DNA of 64,000 nt from an uncultured delta proteobacterium (GTDB lineage Bacteria > Desulfobacterota > RBG-13-43-22), in assembly GCA_963843145.1 (NCBI GenBank), contig CAWJJC010000027.1, positions 256,001 to 320,000 on the forward strand. The letters run 5' to 3'. The position numbers and the translations under genes are program-made. The notes under the pieces were generated by a model. That model saw only the letters and a list, made by a program, of their open reading frames with translations. It was not told the origin of the DNA and made no database searches. Shown in pieces: positions 28,977 through 38,990 of this stretch (position 1 is its first letter; the number at the start of each line of letters is the position of its first letter).

Positions 28977-30818
28977 TCAAGTAATTTTAAAAATGTAGAC
29001 TTGGCCGTCATGGTACTCCATTTTCAACCCGGGACAGGTCAGCAAAGATTCCGGAGTCAAAGTCTCGGCGCCCGAATGGGAATAAATGTGGGTGATGCCT
29101 TCTTCCCGGATCATACGCCACCAGCCGGGTTCGCCGGGGCCGATTTGCAGCGTTTCCGCGGCCCGCCGGTTAACTTCCTCTATCAATTCTTTTTTTCCAA
29201 AACCATAAATAAGGGGGGGGAGCGAGGTCCAGCGACCGGTCAGCGGCGTGATCCACCAGCCCCCGTCCGTTCCCCGGTAAAGGTTCCACTCCCAGGGAGT
29301 CACACCGATTAGAAATCGGCTCTCCGGCGGGGTCTTTTCCTTTATCCAGCGGATGGCCCGAAGATCATCCCTTCCGGCAAAAATGGTATCCGGGCGGATA
29401 ATACTGGCCGTCTCCACCAGCCCCCAAAGGCAAAAGAGACCGAGGATCAGCAGGCCGATCTTCTCCGCCTTCTTTCCCTTCCCCGTCGGAGAGAACCGAG
29501 CCAGTAGTTCAAAGGCCCCGTGACAGACTGTCAGGCAGGCCGGCAAGAACAAAACGATGGCAAAATGGTCCGGACGAAAGGGAAAAAGGCGAAATCCCCA
29601 GGACAGGATCCCCAGACCCAAGATCAGTCCCCAGACCGTTATGGCCCGCAGGCGCGAATCCCGGAGAGCCCAGAAACACCCCAACAGCGCCCCGGCCAAC
29701 AAGAAATAATTTCTCCAGGGACCGAGCAGATGGAAAAGATACTCCACATAGCCTGGGAAATAAATTTGGTCCATTGACGGCCCGGAGGGGGCTAACGTCA
29801 GCCCGACGTATTTTTCGGCCGAACTCCGGATGGTCAGCAGCCAAGGGGTAATCAAAAGCAGTCCTCCCAGGAGACCGGCCAGCGGGGCCAGGAGAACCCG
29901 ATCCCAGCGGCCTTTCCCGGCGAAGGCCCAACCGATTCCTTCCCCGAAAAATACCAGGACGAAGAGCAGGAAGAGAAAACCGGCGAAGTAGTGGGCCAGC
30001 ACCGTGCCGGCCACCAGAATCATTTGGAAAACAATCTTGAACAAATCCCGGTCGGACTCGCGGTTTTCCAGAAGGGCCGCCATGGCTAAAGGAAGCAGCA
30101 CCAGTCCGCTGATCAGGGTATACCGTCCCCAGGTGGCATAGTACGCCGGCATCTGGGAAACGAGGGCACTGAGCAAGGCTGCCACCGCGGCCCGGCGCGG
30201 ATCGCTCCAGACCACCCGACCCAGCGCATAGATGGAAAGAGAGATGGCGGCATTTAAAACCTGGCCCATCACCAAGACGGCCTTTTCCAAAGGCAACCCG
30301 GAGATCCCGGCAAATAAAGCCGTCACCACGTGGAATCCAAAATGATAATAAAAAGGTACCGGAAGATAGGGGTTTAAGTCAGTCGGCAGAATACCGGTTT
30401 CCATAATTTTCCGAACGATCAGCGCATGATGGGGGGCATCCACCCAGGGGGGAAAAGCCAGTCCTCTGACCTGAAAAAAGCGCCAGGCGATCAGGGCCCC
30501 CAACGGGGCGATTAAGGCTAGCGTCCGGCTGTTTAGCCTCGGAAGGTACCCGTTCACCAGCCAACCCGTCAGGGCCGTCCCTGCCGCGACCGCATAAAGA
30601 ACCAGCACTCCCCGGCCGGAGAGGGCCCATTGGAATTCAAAAAGAGTCAAGGCCAAAAGAGCGGTCAGGGAAAAGCTCAGGCCCAGGGCCAAAGCCAGGC
30701 GCTGCAGGAGGTCTTTTTGCGGCTCGGGCCGCCAGGCGAGCAAGGCGTACCCAGGAAGGACTAATACCAGCAGGGCGGCCGAGAGGCTTCGTCCAAAGAT
30801 CAGGATCGAGGACTCCAA
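28977..30818 (-). CDS. GT-C-like polytopic membrane glycosyltransferase (paralog)
   Basis: WVDAPHH, YHFGFH, WGRYTL, LAHY, DGGWW. Confidence 0.6.
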   Translation of the reverse strand: MESSILIFGRSLSAALLVLVLPGYALLAWRPEPQKDLLQRLALALGLSFSLTALLALTLFEFQWALSGRGVLVLYAVAAGTALTGWLVNGYLPRLNSRTLALIAPLGALIAWRFFQVRGLAFPPWVDAPHHALIVRKIMETGILPTDLNPYLPVPFYYHFGFHVVTALFAGISGLPLEKAVLVMGQVLNAAISLSIYALGRVVWSDPRRAAVAALLSALVSQMPAYYATWGRYTLISGLVLLPLAMAALLENRESDRDLFKIVFQMILVAGTVLAHYFAGFLFLLFVLVFFGEGIGWAFAGKGRWDRVLLAPLAGLLGGLLLITPWLLTIRSSAEKYVGLTLAPSGPSMDQIYFPGYVEYLFHLLGPWRNYFLLAGALLGCFWALRDSRLRAITVWGLILGLGILSWGFRLFPFRPDHFAIVLFLPACLTVCHGAFELLARFSPTGKGKKAEKIGLLILGLFCLWGLVETASIIRPDTIFAGRDDLRAIRWIKEKTPPESRFLIGVTPWEWNLYRGTDGGWWITPLTGRWTSLPPLIYGFGKKELIEEVNRRAAETLQIGPGEPGWWRMIREEGITHIYSHSGAETLTPESLLTCPGLKMEYHDGQVYIFKIT

Positions 30819-30846
30819 AGGGTTCCTCTATCCGCTGGATTCGGCT

Positions 30847-31689
30847 TTACTGATGATTAGAACCGGACTCTCGAATAAATCGTTGGACGTCGGCATTGTA
30901 GGTGTCCGGATCTTCCATCAGGAATAAATGCCCCAGGCCTTCATAAAGGATCAGCCGGGCGTGGGGGATCCCTTTCCCCAGGGTTAAGGCATTTTCAACG
31001 GGCAGCAACCGGTCGGCCCCGCCGTGCTGGATCAGGGTAGGCCGGGTCCATTCCTGAATTCGCCGGCTACAGTCAAACCCCCGCATGGCCTGACTGTGTC
31101 GCTGGAAGGTCGTCAGTGGAGGGCGCTGGGCCAGGCTCCGAAATAGGTACTCGTCAATGAATTGCTTATTTGCCAGGGTCCGGGCGCTGAAAAAAGCCGG
31201 CAGGGAGCGACGCACGTTCTCCTCATCCGAAAGTTCCGGCAGGGTGGCAAAAAGGGCCAGTACTTCCGGGTCGGCCGTCAGTCCCTGGTCGGCATTACAG
31301 GCGGTCCCGGCCAAGATCAGGGTCTTTACCAGGGCGGGCCTGGTCAGAGCCGCCTCCATAGCCACCATGCCCCCCATGGACAGCCCCAGCAGGTGAACCG
31401 GGCCGAGAGCTAACGATTCTATCAGGCTGATAGTATCCCCGGCCAGATCGGAAATGGTATAGGGCTCGGCCACTCGGTCGCTGTTCCCGGTATCCCGGTT
31501 GTCAAAGGTGATGACCTGAAAAGCCCGGCTCAGGGCCGGGACCTGGTGATACCACATGGAGGCGGCGTTGCCGTAGCCTCGAATCAGGACCAGCGGTTCA
31601 CCCGCGCCCTGCAAATAATAAGCGATCCGAATCCCTGGCCGGGTGACATGCAATCTCGGTTCGGGGTCGTGGGTCTTAAATGGCAGCAC
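30847..31689 (-). CDS. Alpha/beta hydrolase
   Basis: FDNRDTG, GLSMGG, HGGAD, GHLF. Confidence 0.85.
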   Translation of the reverse strand: MLPFKTHDPEPRLHVTRPGIRIAYYLQGAGEPLVLIRGYGNAASMWYHQVPALSRAFQVITFDNRDTGNSDRVAEPYTISDLAGDTISLIESLALGPVHLLGLSMGGMVAMEAALTRPALVKTLILAGTACNADQGLTADPEVLALFATLPELSDEENVRRSLPAFFSARTLANKQFIDEYLFRSLAQRPPLTTFQRHSQAMRGFDCSRRIQEWTRPTLIQHGGADRLLPVENALTLGKGIPHARLILYEGLGHLFLMEDPDTYNADVQRFIRESGSNHQ

Positions 31690-31723
31690 CTGCCGCTCCC
31701 TTTCAAATCAGGACATTTGTCCG

Positions 31724-32788
31724 TTATTCAAACAATCCCCGCTCCATGGCTATGCGGGTGAAGGTTTCCACCACATTGGCGGGAGGCACATACTGGTCTT
31801 TCTCGTCCTTGGGAAGGAGGTCAATGGCCGCCCCGCTGCAGGTGGGCACGCAAAGGCCGCAGCCGATGCAGCGGTCTAAGTCGATCTCGGCCTTTCCGTC
31901 GACCATCTGGATAGCTGCCATCTGGCAGCGGTCCAGGCAGACCTCACAGCCGATACAGTCCTCCTCCCGGATCTGAGCGTAGAAATTGGAATGGACGACC
32001 TCGGCCGGTTTAGGATGGCGTCGGATGTTTTTCAAAATCTGACAGCAATCCCCGCAACAAAGGCAGATATTAATAATCTTTTTAGCGTTGGTCGGCTGTA
32101 GTACCAGACCTTCCTCTTCCGCTTTCTTAAGAATCCCCAGGGCTTCCTCCTGATCGATAACCCGACCGATTCCGTTTTTTTCATAGTAGTGCGCTCCGCC
32201 GGAGAATACCAGACAGGTCTCCACCGATTTTCCGCAACCCTTACCGACCAGGGCATGTTCTTTCCGGCAAATGCAGGGAGCGACCAGGATCTTGCTCTGC
32301 GCTTCGATCAGGCGCCGGGCTTCATCATAGGGCAGGACCGACCCCTCCCCTTGAAGACTGGCCCCGATGGGGATGGTCCGCAACTGCTGGGTCTTCAAAC
32401 GGGTCATGGAGCCAAATAGCGTGGGAATGTATTCATTCATGTCCTTAATAAGTTCCAGATCCAGGTCATTGACGTGGTACTCCCAGATACCGATCACGTA
32501 TTGAGCCGCCATGTAGAGCGGCCCCTCCGGCCGGTCGGCCCGAAGTATCAACCCCTTGAGGGACATCTCGGATAACTGGTCGGCCAGGTCCTCAACCGGA
32601 CGCCCGGCGCGCTCGGCAATCTGCTCCACCGTTTCCGGAGCCATTTGGAGCAGACAGGCCAGTTCGGCCTCTCCCTCAGTAAATAAACGCCTGAGAATAC
32701 GCAGTTCCACCCCGGACTCGGTTCGAGGAAAACCCGCCGGTAACCGATCCAAATGATTAGCCAACTTTTCATACAGCCCCTCGGTCAT
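31724..32788 (-). CDS. Fe-S protein (N-terminal HTH-like region, C-terminal 2x[4Fe-4S])
   Basis: CICR, ICLCCGDCC, CIGCEVCLDRC, CIGCGLCVPTC. Confidence 0.8.
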   Translation of the reverse strand: MTEGLYEKLANHLDRLPAGFPRTESGVELRILRRLFTEGEAELACLLQMAPETVEQIAERAGRPVEDLADQLSEMSLKGLILRADRPEGPLYMAAQYVIGIWEYHVNDLDLELIKDMNEYIPTLFGSMTRLKTQQLRTIPIGASLQGEGSVLPYDEARRLIEAQSKILVAPCICRKEHALVGKGCGKSVETCLVFSGGAHYYEKNGIGRVIDQEEALGILKKAEEEGLVLQPTNAKKIINICLCCGDCCQILKNIRRHPKPAEVVHSNFYAQIREEDCIGCEVCLDRCQMAAIQMVDGKAEIDLDRCIGCGLCVPTCSGAAIDLLPKDEKDQYVPPANVVETFTRIAMERGLFE

Positions 32789-33052
32789 AATTCCTCCTGA
32801 ACAATATTTATTCATCGGTTTCTCAACTGGTAAGAACTACCGTCTTTATCCCGAACCGTCAAGGAATTTTTACCCTTTCACGAAGAGATGGAGTCGCGAA
32901 GGATTCGTCCTTTAAAGGTGAAGGGTTCAGGGTGGCCGTTCGAGACTTTTTAGGAACATATTTTAGGTTAGCCTTCAGGGGAGTCCGTCTTGCTATAATA
33001 AAATTTAGGCCATGTCTTTTGGTGAGCTTAAAATTTCTTCAAGGAGGAAACC

Positions 33053-34363
33053 ATGAATCAAGCCGCCCTGGATCCTCAGTTGCCCTTGATGCAGGAGGCC
33101 GACCTGCGCGACAAGGTCGTCCTGCTGCGGGTCGATCACAACGTGGTCAAAAAGGGCCTCATTCGCGACCCCTACCGGATCGAACAAACCTTCGGCACCC
33201 TCTATAACATCGTCGAGCGCGGAGGCCGTCCTATCCTGATGACCCATGTGGGTCGCCCCAAAGACAAGAAGACGGGGGAAATCGCCTGTACCCCGGACAG
33301 CGCCGTTGAACCCATCGTCCGCTACCTGGAACAGAAGCTGCACACCTCCTTTCATATTCCTTCCTTTCCCGCGGAAGGGGCCAAGGGGATCCCCCACCTG
33401 GATACCTCTGTCAACCTGGCGATCAAGGAACTGCGGGGACATAAAACCGGGGGGATTTATCTTCCCAACACCCGTTGGTTCCAGGGCGAGGAGAGCAAAG
33501 GACCGGAGCGGGAGGCCTTCACCCGGCAACTGGCCGGGCTGGCCGACGTCTATATCAACGACGCCTTCGGCTCTTGGCAATCCCATGCCTCCACCGTAGA
33601 CATCACCCGTTATCTGCCCTCCTATGCCGGTTTCCTGATGCAAAAAGAGATCAGCAACCTGGACCGGGTCCTGAATCCGGACCGTCCTTTTCTGGCCGTA
33701 GTGGCCGGAGCCAAATACGACACCAAAATCGGGCCCCTCAATAAACTCTATGAAAAGGTCGATCACCTGATTCTGGGAGGAGTGATCTACAATACCTACC
33801 TGGCGGCCAAAGGAGGGGTGAACATCGCCGGGGTTTCCGACAGTGATGTCCAGGCCGCCCAAGCCCTGGTGGCTATGGATGCCCGGGAGAAGAAAATCGT
33901 CGAACTGCCGCAGGTAGTTGAGAGCCAGTCCCTGGAGCCGCCCTTTCAGGGCCAATTCCGAACCATCCCGGTCGGAGAATTGAAACCCGGGCAGCGGTAC
34001 GGTTACTTGCTCGATATTGCCCCGGAGTCTTTTGAGGACCCGCGGGTCAAGGAAGTCCTCCTGGCGGCCAAGACCATCTTCGTCAACGCCGTCATGGGGT
34101 ACACTCCTCACTTCACCGAAGGCTCCAAGGCCCTGGACCAGGCTATCGACAAAAACCGGACGGCCTATAAGATGTACGGGGGCGGCGACACCCTCCAGGA
34201 ATTCAAGGACCTCAACCCCGGGTTATATCTGAGCGTGATCGACAACACGCAATATTATTTCTTCACCGGCGGGGGAAGCGTGCTGACGGCTATTGAAGCC
34301 GGCACGCCCTACGGTCTCAAACCCGTACAGGCCCTGATGGAAAACGGCGGGAAGCAGCCCTGA
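33053..34363 (+). CDS. pgk: Phosphoglycerate kinase (divergent)
   Basis: RVDHNV, THVGRP, NDAFG, GAKYDTKI, GGGDT, TGGGS. Confidence 0.85.
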   Translation: MNQAALDPQLPLMQEADLRDKVVLLRVDHNVVKKGLIRDPYRIEQTFGTLYNIVERGGRPILMTHVGRPKDKKTGEIACTPDSAVEPIVRYLEQKLHTSFHIPSFPAEGAKGIPHLDTSVNLAIKELRGHKTGGIYLPNTRWFQGEESKGPEREAFTRQLAGLADVYINDAFGSWQSHASTVDITRYLPSYAGFLMQKEISNLDRVLNPDRPFLAVVAGAKYDTKIGPLNKLYEKVDHLILGGVIYNTYLAAKGGVNIAGVSDSDVQAAQALVAMDAREKKIVELPQVVESQSLEPPFQGQFRTIPVGELKPGQRYGYLLDIAPESFEDPRVKEVLLAAKTIFVNAVMGYTPHFTEGSKALDQAIDKNRTAYKMYGGGDTLQEFKDLNPGLYLSVIDNTQYYFFTGGGSVLTAIEAGTPYGLKPVQALMENGGKQP

Positions 34364-34390
34364 TCCGGTGTTTGTATTAAACCTGAAAAG

Positions 34391-34532
34391 ACGAACGTCG
34401 AACATCCAACATCCAACATCGAATGGTAAATAGGAAAGGATGATAAAATAGAAATAGCTGTCCCCTGCTCGGTCAGGGAGGTTGGTATTTCATTCGAGGT
34501 TGGGCGTTCAATGTTCGATGTTCGATGTTCAT
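34391..34532. repeat. Heptamer-armed inverted-repeat element, copy 2
   Basis: Colinear with 9395-9534. Confidence 0.8.
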
Positions 34533-34573
34533 TCAGTTTGTAAACATAAACGAAGTTCTTTTGGAGGTACCCA

Positions 34574-35152
34574 ATGAAGGTCTTGGTCGTCTACGCCCAT
34601 CCCAATCCCGAATCTTTCAACCACGCCATTTTGGAAAGATTCGTTGAGGGTTTGCAATCCAAAAATCATGAGGTGGAAATCCTGGATCTGTACGCCCAGG
34701 GCTTCAATCCCCTCCTTTCGGCCACCGACCTGGCCTCCCTTCAAGCCGGAGAAACCCCGGCGGATATCCAATCCCAACAGGCCAAAGTGGCCCGGGCCGA
34801 AGGATTAGCCTTTATTTTTCCCATCTGGTGGTCCTCCATGCCCGCGATATTAAAAGGTTGGATCGATCGCGTCTTTTCCCTAGGCTTTGCCTATGCGTTT
34901 AGGGAGGAAGGACCGGTGGGGCTATTGAAACAGCAGAAAGCCTTGTTGATTACCACCTCGGGCGGCGACCAGGCCTTCTTTGATCACAGCGGGATACAAA
35001 AGGCCATCCAGATGACTATCGACCTTGGCATTTTTGGCTTTACCGGGATCCCTAAAATTCAGCACGAATTTTTCTATAATGTCGTTCAAATCGATCCGGC
35101 CACACGGGAAGCCTATCTGCAAGAGGCTTACTCTTTGGGCTTGGAGTTTTGA
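34574..35152 (+). CDS. NAD(P)H dehydrogenase (quinone), flavodoxin-like
   Basis: YAHPNPESFN, FPIWWSSMPAILKGWIDRV, TTSGG. Confidence 0.88.
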   Translation: MKVLVVYAHPNPESFNHAILERFVEGLQSKNHEVEILDLYAQGFNPLLSATDLASLQAGETPADIQSQQAKVARAEGLAFIFPIWWSSMPAILKGWIDRVFSLGFAYAFREEGPVGLLKQQKALLITTSGGDQAFFDHSGIQKAIQMTIDLGIFGFTGIPKIQHEFFYNVVQIDPATREAYLQEAYSLGLEF

Positions 35153-35167
35153 GGCGGGACGGTCCTG

Positions 35168-35911
35168 GTGCTCGAACACACCTTCGTACATATCCCGGGT
35201 ATTGGGTCGAAGACCGAGCAGGGAATTTGGTCCAAGGGGCTGCTAACCTGGGAGGATTTTTTGCGATACGATGGGGAGGTCTTTTCCGGGGAACGGGACC
35301 GTTTCATCCGTCGTGAACTGGAGGCCTCGCAGGCCCACCGGGAAGATCTTGATTTCTTCTGGCAGCGCCTGCCACCGAGTGAAAAATGGCGGCTCTATAC
35401 GGCCTTTCGGCACCAAGCGGTCTATCTGGACATCGAGACCACCGGAAGTTTTCAGGGAATCGATGAAATCACCCTGATCGGAATATATGACGGCCAACAA
35501 GTCCGGACCTTCATCAACGGGAGCACCCTGGATGAATTTGAAACGGCGCTCGCTCCTGATGCCTTGCTCATCACTTACAACGGGAGCGGGTTCGATCTCC
35601 CTTTCATCCGCCGCTGGTTTCGTCACCTTCACTTGCCTCCGGCCCATATCGACCTGCGGCACCTGCTCCATCGGTTGGGGTACCGGGGGGGTCTCAAGGC
35701 GATTGAAAAACAGGTGGGCATCTCCCGGGACCCCGATCTGGATGGTCTAGACGGCTTTGACGCGGTGATGCTCTGGAAGGCCTATCAGTGGGGCGACGAA
35801 CCCTCTTTACAACGCCTGATCCGTTACAATACCCTGGATATCGTCAACCTGGAACCCCTGATGGAACTCTGTTTTCGAAGACTGAGAAACGCCCTGGAGG
35901 CGTTTCCCTAA
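35168..35911 (+). CDS. YprB/RNase H-like exonuclease domain protein
   Basis: HIPGIG, YLDIETTG, TYNGSGFDLPFI, GGLKAIE, YNTLD. Confidence 0.82.
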   Translation: MLEHTFVHIPGIGSKTEQGIWSKGLLTWEDFLRYDGEVFSGERDRFIRRELEASQAHREDLDFFWQRLPPSEKWRLYTAFRHQAVYLDIETTGSFQGIDEITLIGIYDGQQVRTFINGSTLDEFETALAPDALLITYNGSGFDLPFIRRWFRHLHLPPAHIDLRHLLHRLGYRGGLKAIEKQVGISRDPDLDGLDGFDAVMLWKAYQWGDEPSLQRLIRYNTLDIVNLEPLMELCFRRLRNALEAFP

Positions 35912-35919
35912 TACTGGTG

Positions 35920-36029
35920 ATGAACATTGAACATCGAACGTCCAACATTGAATGTTTAATGGGAAAAGAGTTGGAGGTTTTGTTTTTCATTCGATGTTGA
36001 ATGTTCGATGTTCAATGTTCGATGTTCAT
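35920..36029. repeat. Heptamer-armed inverted-repeat element, copy 3 (between convergent genes)
   Basis: Same arms, shortened core. Confidence 0.8.
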
Positions 36030-36118
36030 TTTGTTTGTAATCGGTATCCTTCGCTCCCCTTGGAGTTCCGTAATCGTACACCTACTCGTACACGCAAATC
36101 TACCCTTGTGCCCCGCCT

Positions 36119-38639
36119 CTAGGGTTTGGGCAAAGAACCCAGCACCCGGCTTAATTCCTCCAGGGTATAAGGCTTGGCCATAACCCCTTTGAACCCGTGG
36201 GCCTGGTAGTCGGACATGACCGGGTCTGAGGAATACCCGCTGGAGGCAATGGCCCGTACCTCAGGATCAAATTCCAACAGTTTTTGTAACGCTTCCAAGC
36301 CGCCCATCCCGCCGGCTATGGTTAAATCCATAATCAAAAGATCAAAAGGTTGATCGATCTTTTTGGCCACCCGATAAATTTTAACCGCCTCGGCGCCGTC
36401 CTGCGCCTGCGCCACTTCAAAGCCCAGACGAGTAAGCATTTCTCCCAGGACTTCCCGGACAATGGCTTCGTCATCCATCACCAGGATTCGTCCCTGTCCC
36501 CTGACCAAAGGTAAAGACGTCTCTTCCTGAACCGCCGGAGTCTTCCCGGAGGCCGGCAGGGTGAGGCGAAAAGTAGCCCCTTTCCTGGGTTCCGATTCCA
36601 CCGTGATCAAACCGTCGTGTCTTTTAAGAATGGAATAAACCGTAGACAACCCCAGACCGCTGGCTCCCGGTTTGGTGCTAAAAAATGGATCAAAAACCTT
36701 GGAAAGGTTTTCTTTGGGGATCCCGATCCCCTGATCGCTAAACCAGATCTGGACATAGCGCCCTTCCCGGAGCGAAATCCCCTCCCCGGCGGTTATGGTT
36801 TTGTTTTCCATCCCCACCTGAAAAATCCCTCCTTCGGGCATAGCCTCGTCGGCGTTGATCACCAGGTTATGGATGACCTGCTGGAACTGACCCTGGTCAA
36901 AATCGACCGCCCAGATGTCGGCTGGAATGAGAAATTCCGCTTTCAACTTCGAGCCGCGCAGGGCAAAGGTAACCGCCTCCTGGACATATTCAGCCATGGA
37001 GGCCGTGGTTTTGACCGGCGCGCCTCCCCGGGAAAAGGTCAGTAACTGCTGGGTTAGTTCCCTGGCCAGATAAGAAGCCTTCTCGGCCTCATCCAAACGT
37101 TTTCGGACTTTTTCCGCGTCCTGAGCAAACATCTTGGCCAGGGAAATATTGCCCATAATGCCCGTCAAAATATTATTAAAATCGTGGGCGATGCCGCCGG
37201 CCAGGACCCCGATGGATTTAAGCTTTTCATATTTGAGCAATTCATCCGACAATCGCTGTTCATCCGTTATATCCCGGAAAACCAGCACCACGCCGATCAT
37301 GTTTCCGTTCCTGTCGCGGATCGGTGCTCCGCTGTCGGCGATTATTCTTTCCCGCCCGTTCCGATTGATCAGCACAGAAGGGGCCGCCAATAGTTCCGTT
37401 TGGCCGCTCAAAAGTACTTTTTCCACCGGGTTCTGGCACCGGTCCCGAGTCTTTTCGTCGACCAGGCAAAAAACCTCCTGCAATGACCGGCCGAAAGCCT
37501 CCTCCTGGCTCCAACCGGTCTGGTTTTCCGCTACCTGGTTGAGCATGACCACCCGCCCTTCCATATCCGTGGTGATCACGCCGTCCCCGATGGAGCGCAA
37601 GGTGACCGCCAGCCGTTCTTTTTCAGCCGCCAGTTCCTCCTCGGCCTTTTTCCGTTCGGAAATTTCCTCCACAATGCCCATGGCTCCCCTGATTCTCCCT
37701 TCCCGGCTGAACAGCGGGGCCGTGCGCATGGAGATTGAAATGTCGGCCGGGCCGGTGGTGGCGGAATAGGGTCCTTCGTAATACCCCGGCGTCCCGGCGA
37801 TGGCCATTTCTAGAGAAGGCAGCACTCTCTGGTCTTTCAAGGTTTTCATATCCAGATTGAGCAATTTTTCCCGGGTTGATCGAAGAATGGACTACAAAAC
37901 GATCGTTGCAGTCCGTGATATGCAACCGATGGTCATAATGAAAAACACCTACCGGAGATTGTTCAAAGAGCAGCCGATAGCGTTCCTCCTTCTCCTGAAG
38001 GTCCGACTCGGCCTTTCGGTAATCACTGATGACCCCCATCAGGGTCCGGGTTTCTTTATTGATCAATTGCCCCAATTTGGCGATCAATTCATTTTCGGAA
38101 TCTTCATGGGCGGCTACCGTGAGATTGCCGCCGGCGATCCGATTCAGGGTATCGTAGTGCTGACAAAGGCCCATGGCCAGCTCATGACTCTGGTCGACCA
38201 TTTCCTGCACGCTTTCACCCATCTGGTTGAGAACCTCTTCCAATTTTACCAGCATTTCATTGGGGCTGACTATTTTCACCCGGGCGGTCGGATCGCCCAG
38301 ACAGAGTTTCCGGACCATCTCCACGCTCTGCGAAAGGCCGATGCCCAAATCCAGATTCATGGCCTGCAATTCCCCATCCCGGTCCCGCAGTGCCCTCGTG
38401 ACCTCCTTGAATTGAAGGCCGACGACTCGCAGGATCTCCTCCAGGTCAGAAGGGTCGACCGTTTGTTTGAAATACTGGCATTCCAGGCACATTTCCATTT
38501 TTTCGATGAACAGCCCCTGGATCTCATTCCGGCAACAGGTCCCGGAACTCAGCCAGCAGCGGAACTCCTTCCGGATAAGAACCGGGCAGTTCTGTTCCGA
38601 ACAGCTAAAAAAATCCCAACAGTTGGTCCTCTCGGCCAT
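36119..38639 (-). CDS. Hybrid sensor kinase: Cys/Trp-rich domain, HAMP-like, PAS-PAS, HisKA, HATPase, REC; frameshift ~37890
   Basis: NCWDFFSC...CP...CWLSSGTCC...CLEC; AHDFNN H-box; ORFs 37623-38669 and 36119-37864 join. Confidence 0.8.
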
Positions 38640-38669
38640 GGCCGGCCTCCTTTTATTCACGCCTGACAA

Positions 38670-38894
38670 TCAAAACTGAATCTGAATCTTTTTCCGATAA
38701 CCGCCTTCTTCCCGCACCGAAAGCAGAGTCTTCTCGAGACGTTCACAATAGACTCGCACATCCCGTTCAAAGGTGGGGCAATCCCCCAGTACTTCCAGGA
38801 TATCCCCCGGATTTAGATCCGGAGAAAGCACGGCGATTTTAAGCACCGGCTGCGGGCATTTTAAACCCAGGGTATTCAGGGCCACCATTCCCAT
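38670..38894 (-). CDS. TusA/SirA family sulfurtransferase
   Basis: GLKCPQP, GDILEVLGDC. Confidence 0.85.
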   Translation of the reverse strand: MGMVALNTLGLKCPQPVLKIAVLSPDLNPGDILEVLGDCPTFERDVRVYCERLEKTLLSVREEGGYRKKIQIQF

Positions 38895-38990
38895 TTTATC
38901 CTCCTCGGTTCATCCCGGCCCCTGACCGGGGGAGAACACGTCAATAAGAAAATAGCCTCTTTGATCTACCACATAGCAAATAATCAATAA

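Noticed and set aside
9326-36183. Short ORFs over repeats (9326-9544, 12001-12252, 18359-18688, 18720-18926, 35788-36183)
   Set aside because: Their translations (NVEHRTSNIE, FDVQCS, SSFRT...SGI) simply spell out the repeat elements.
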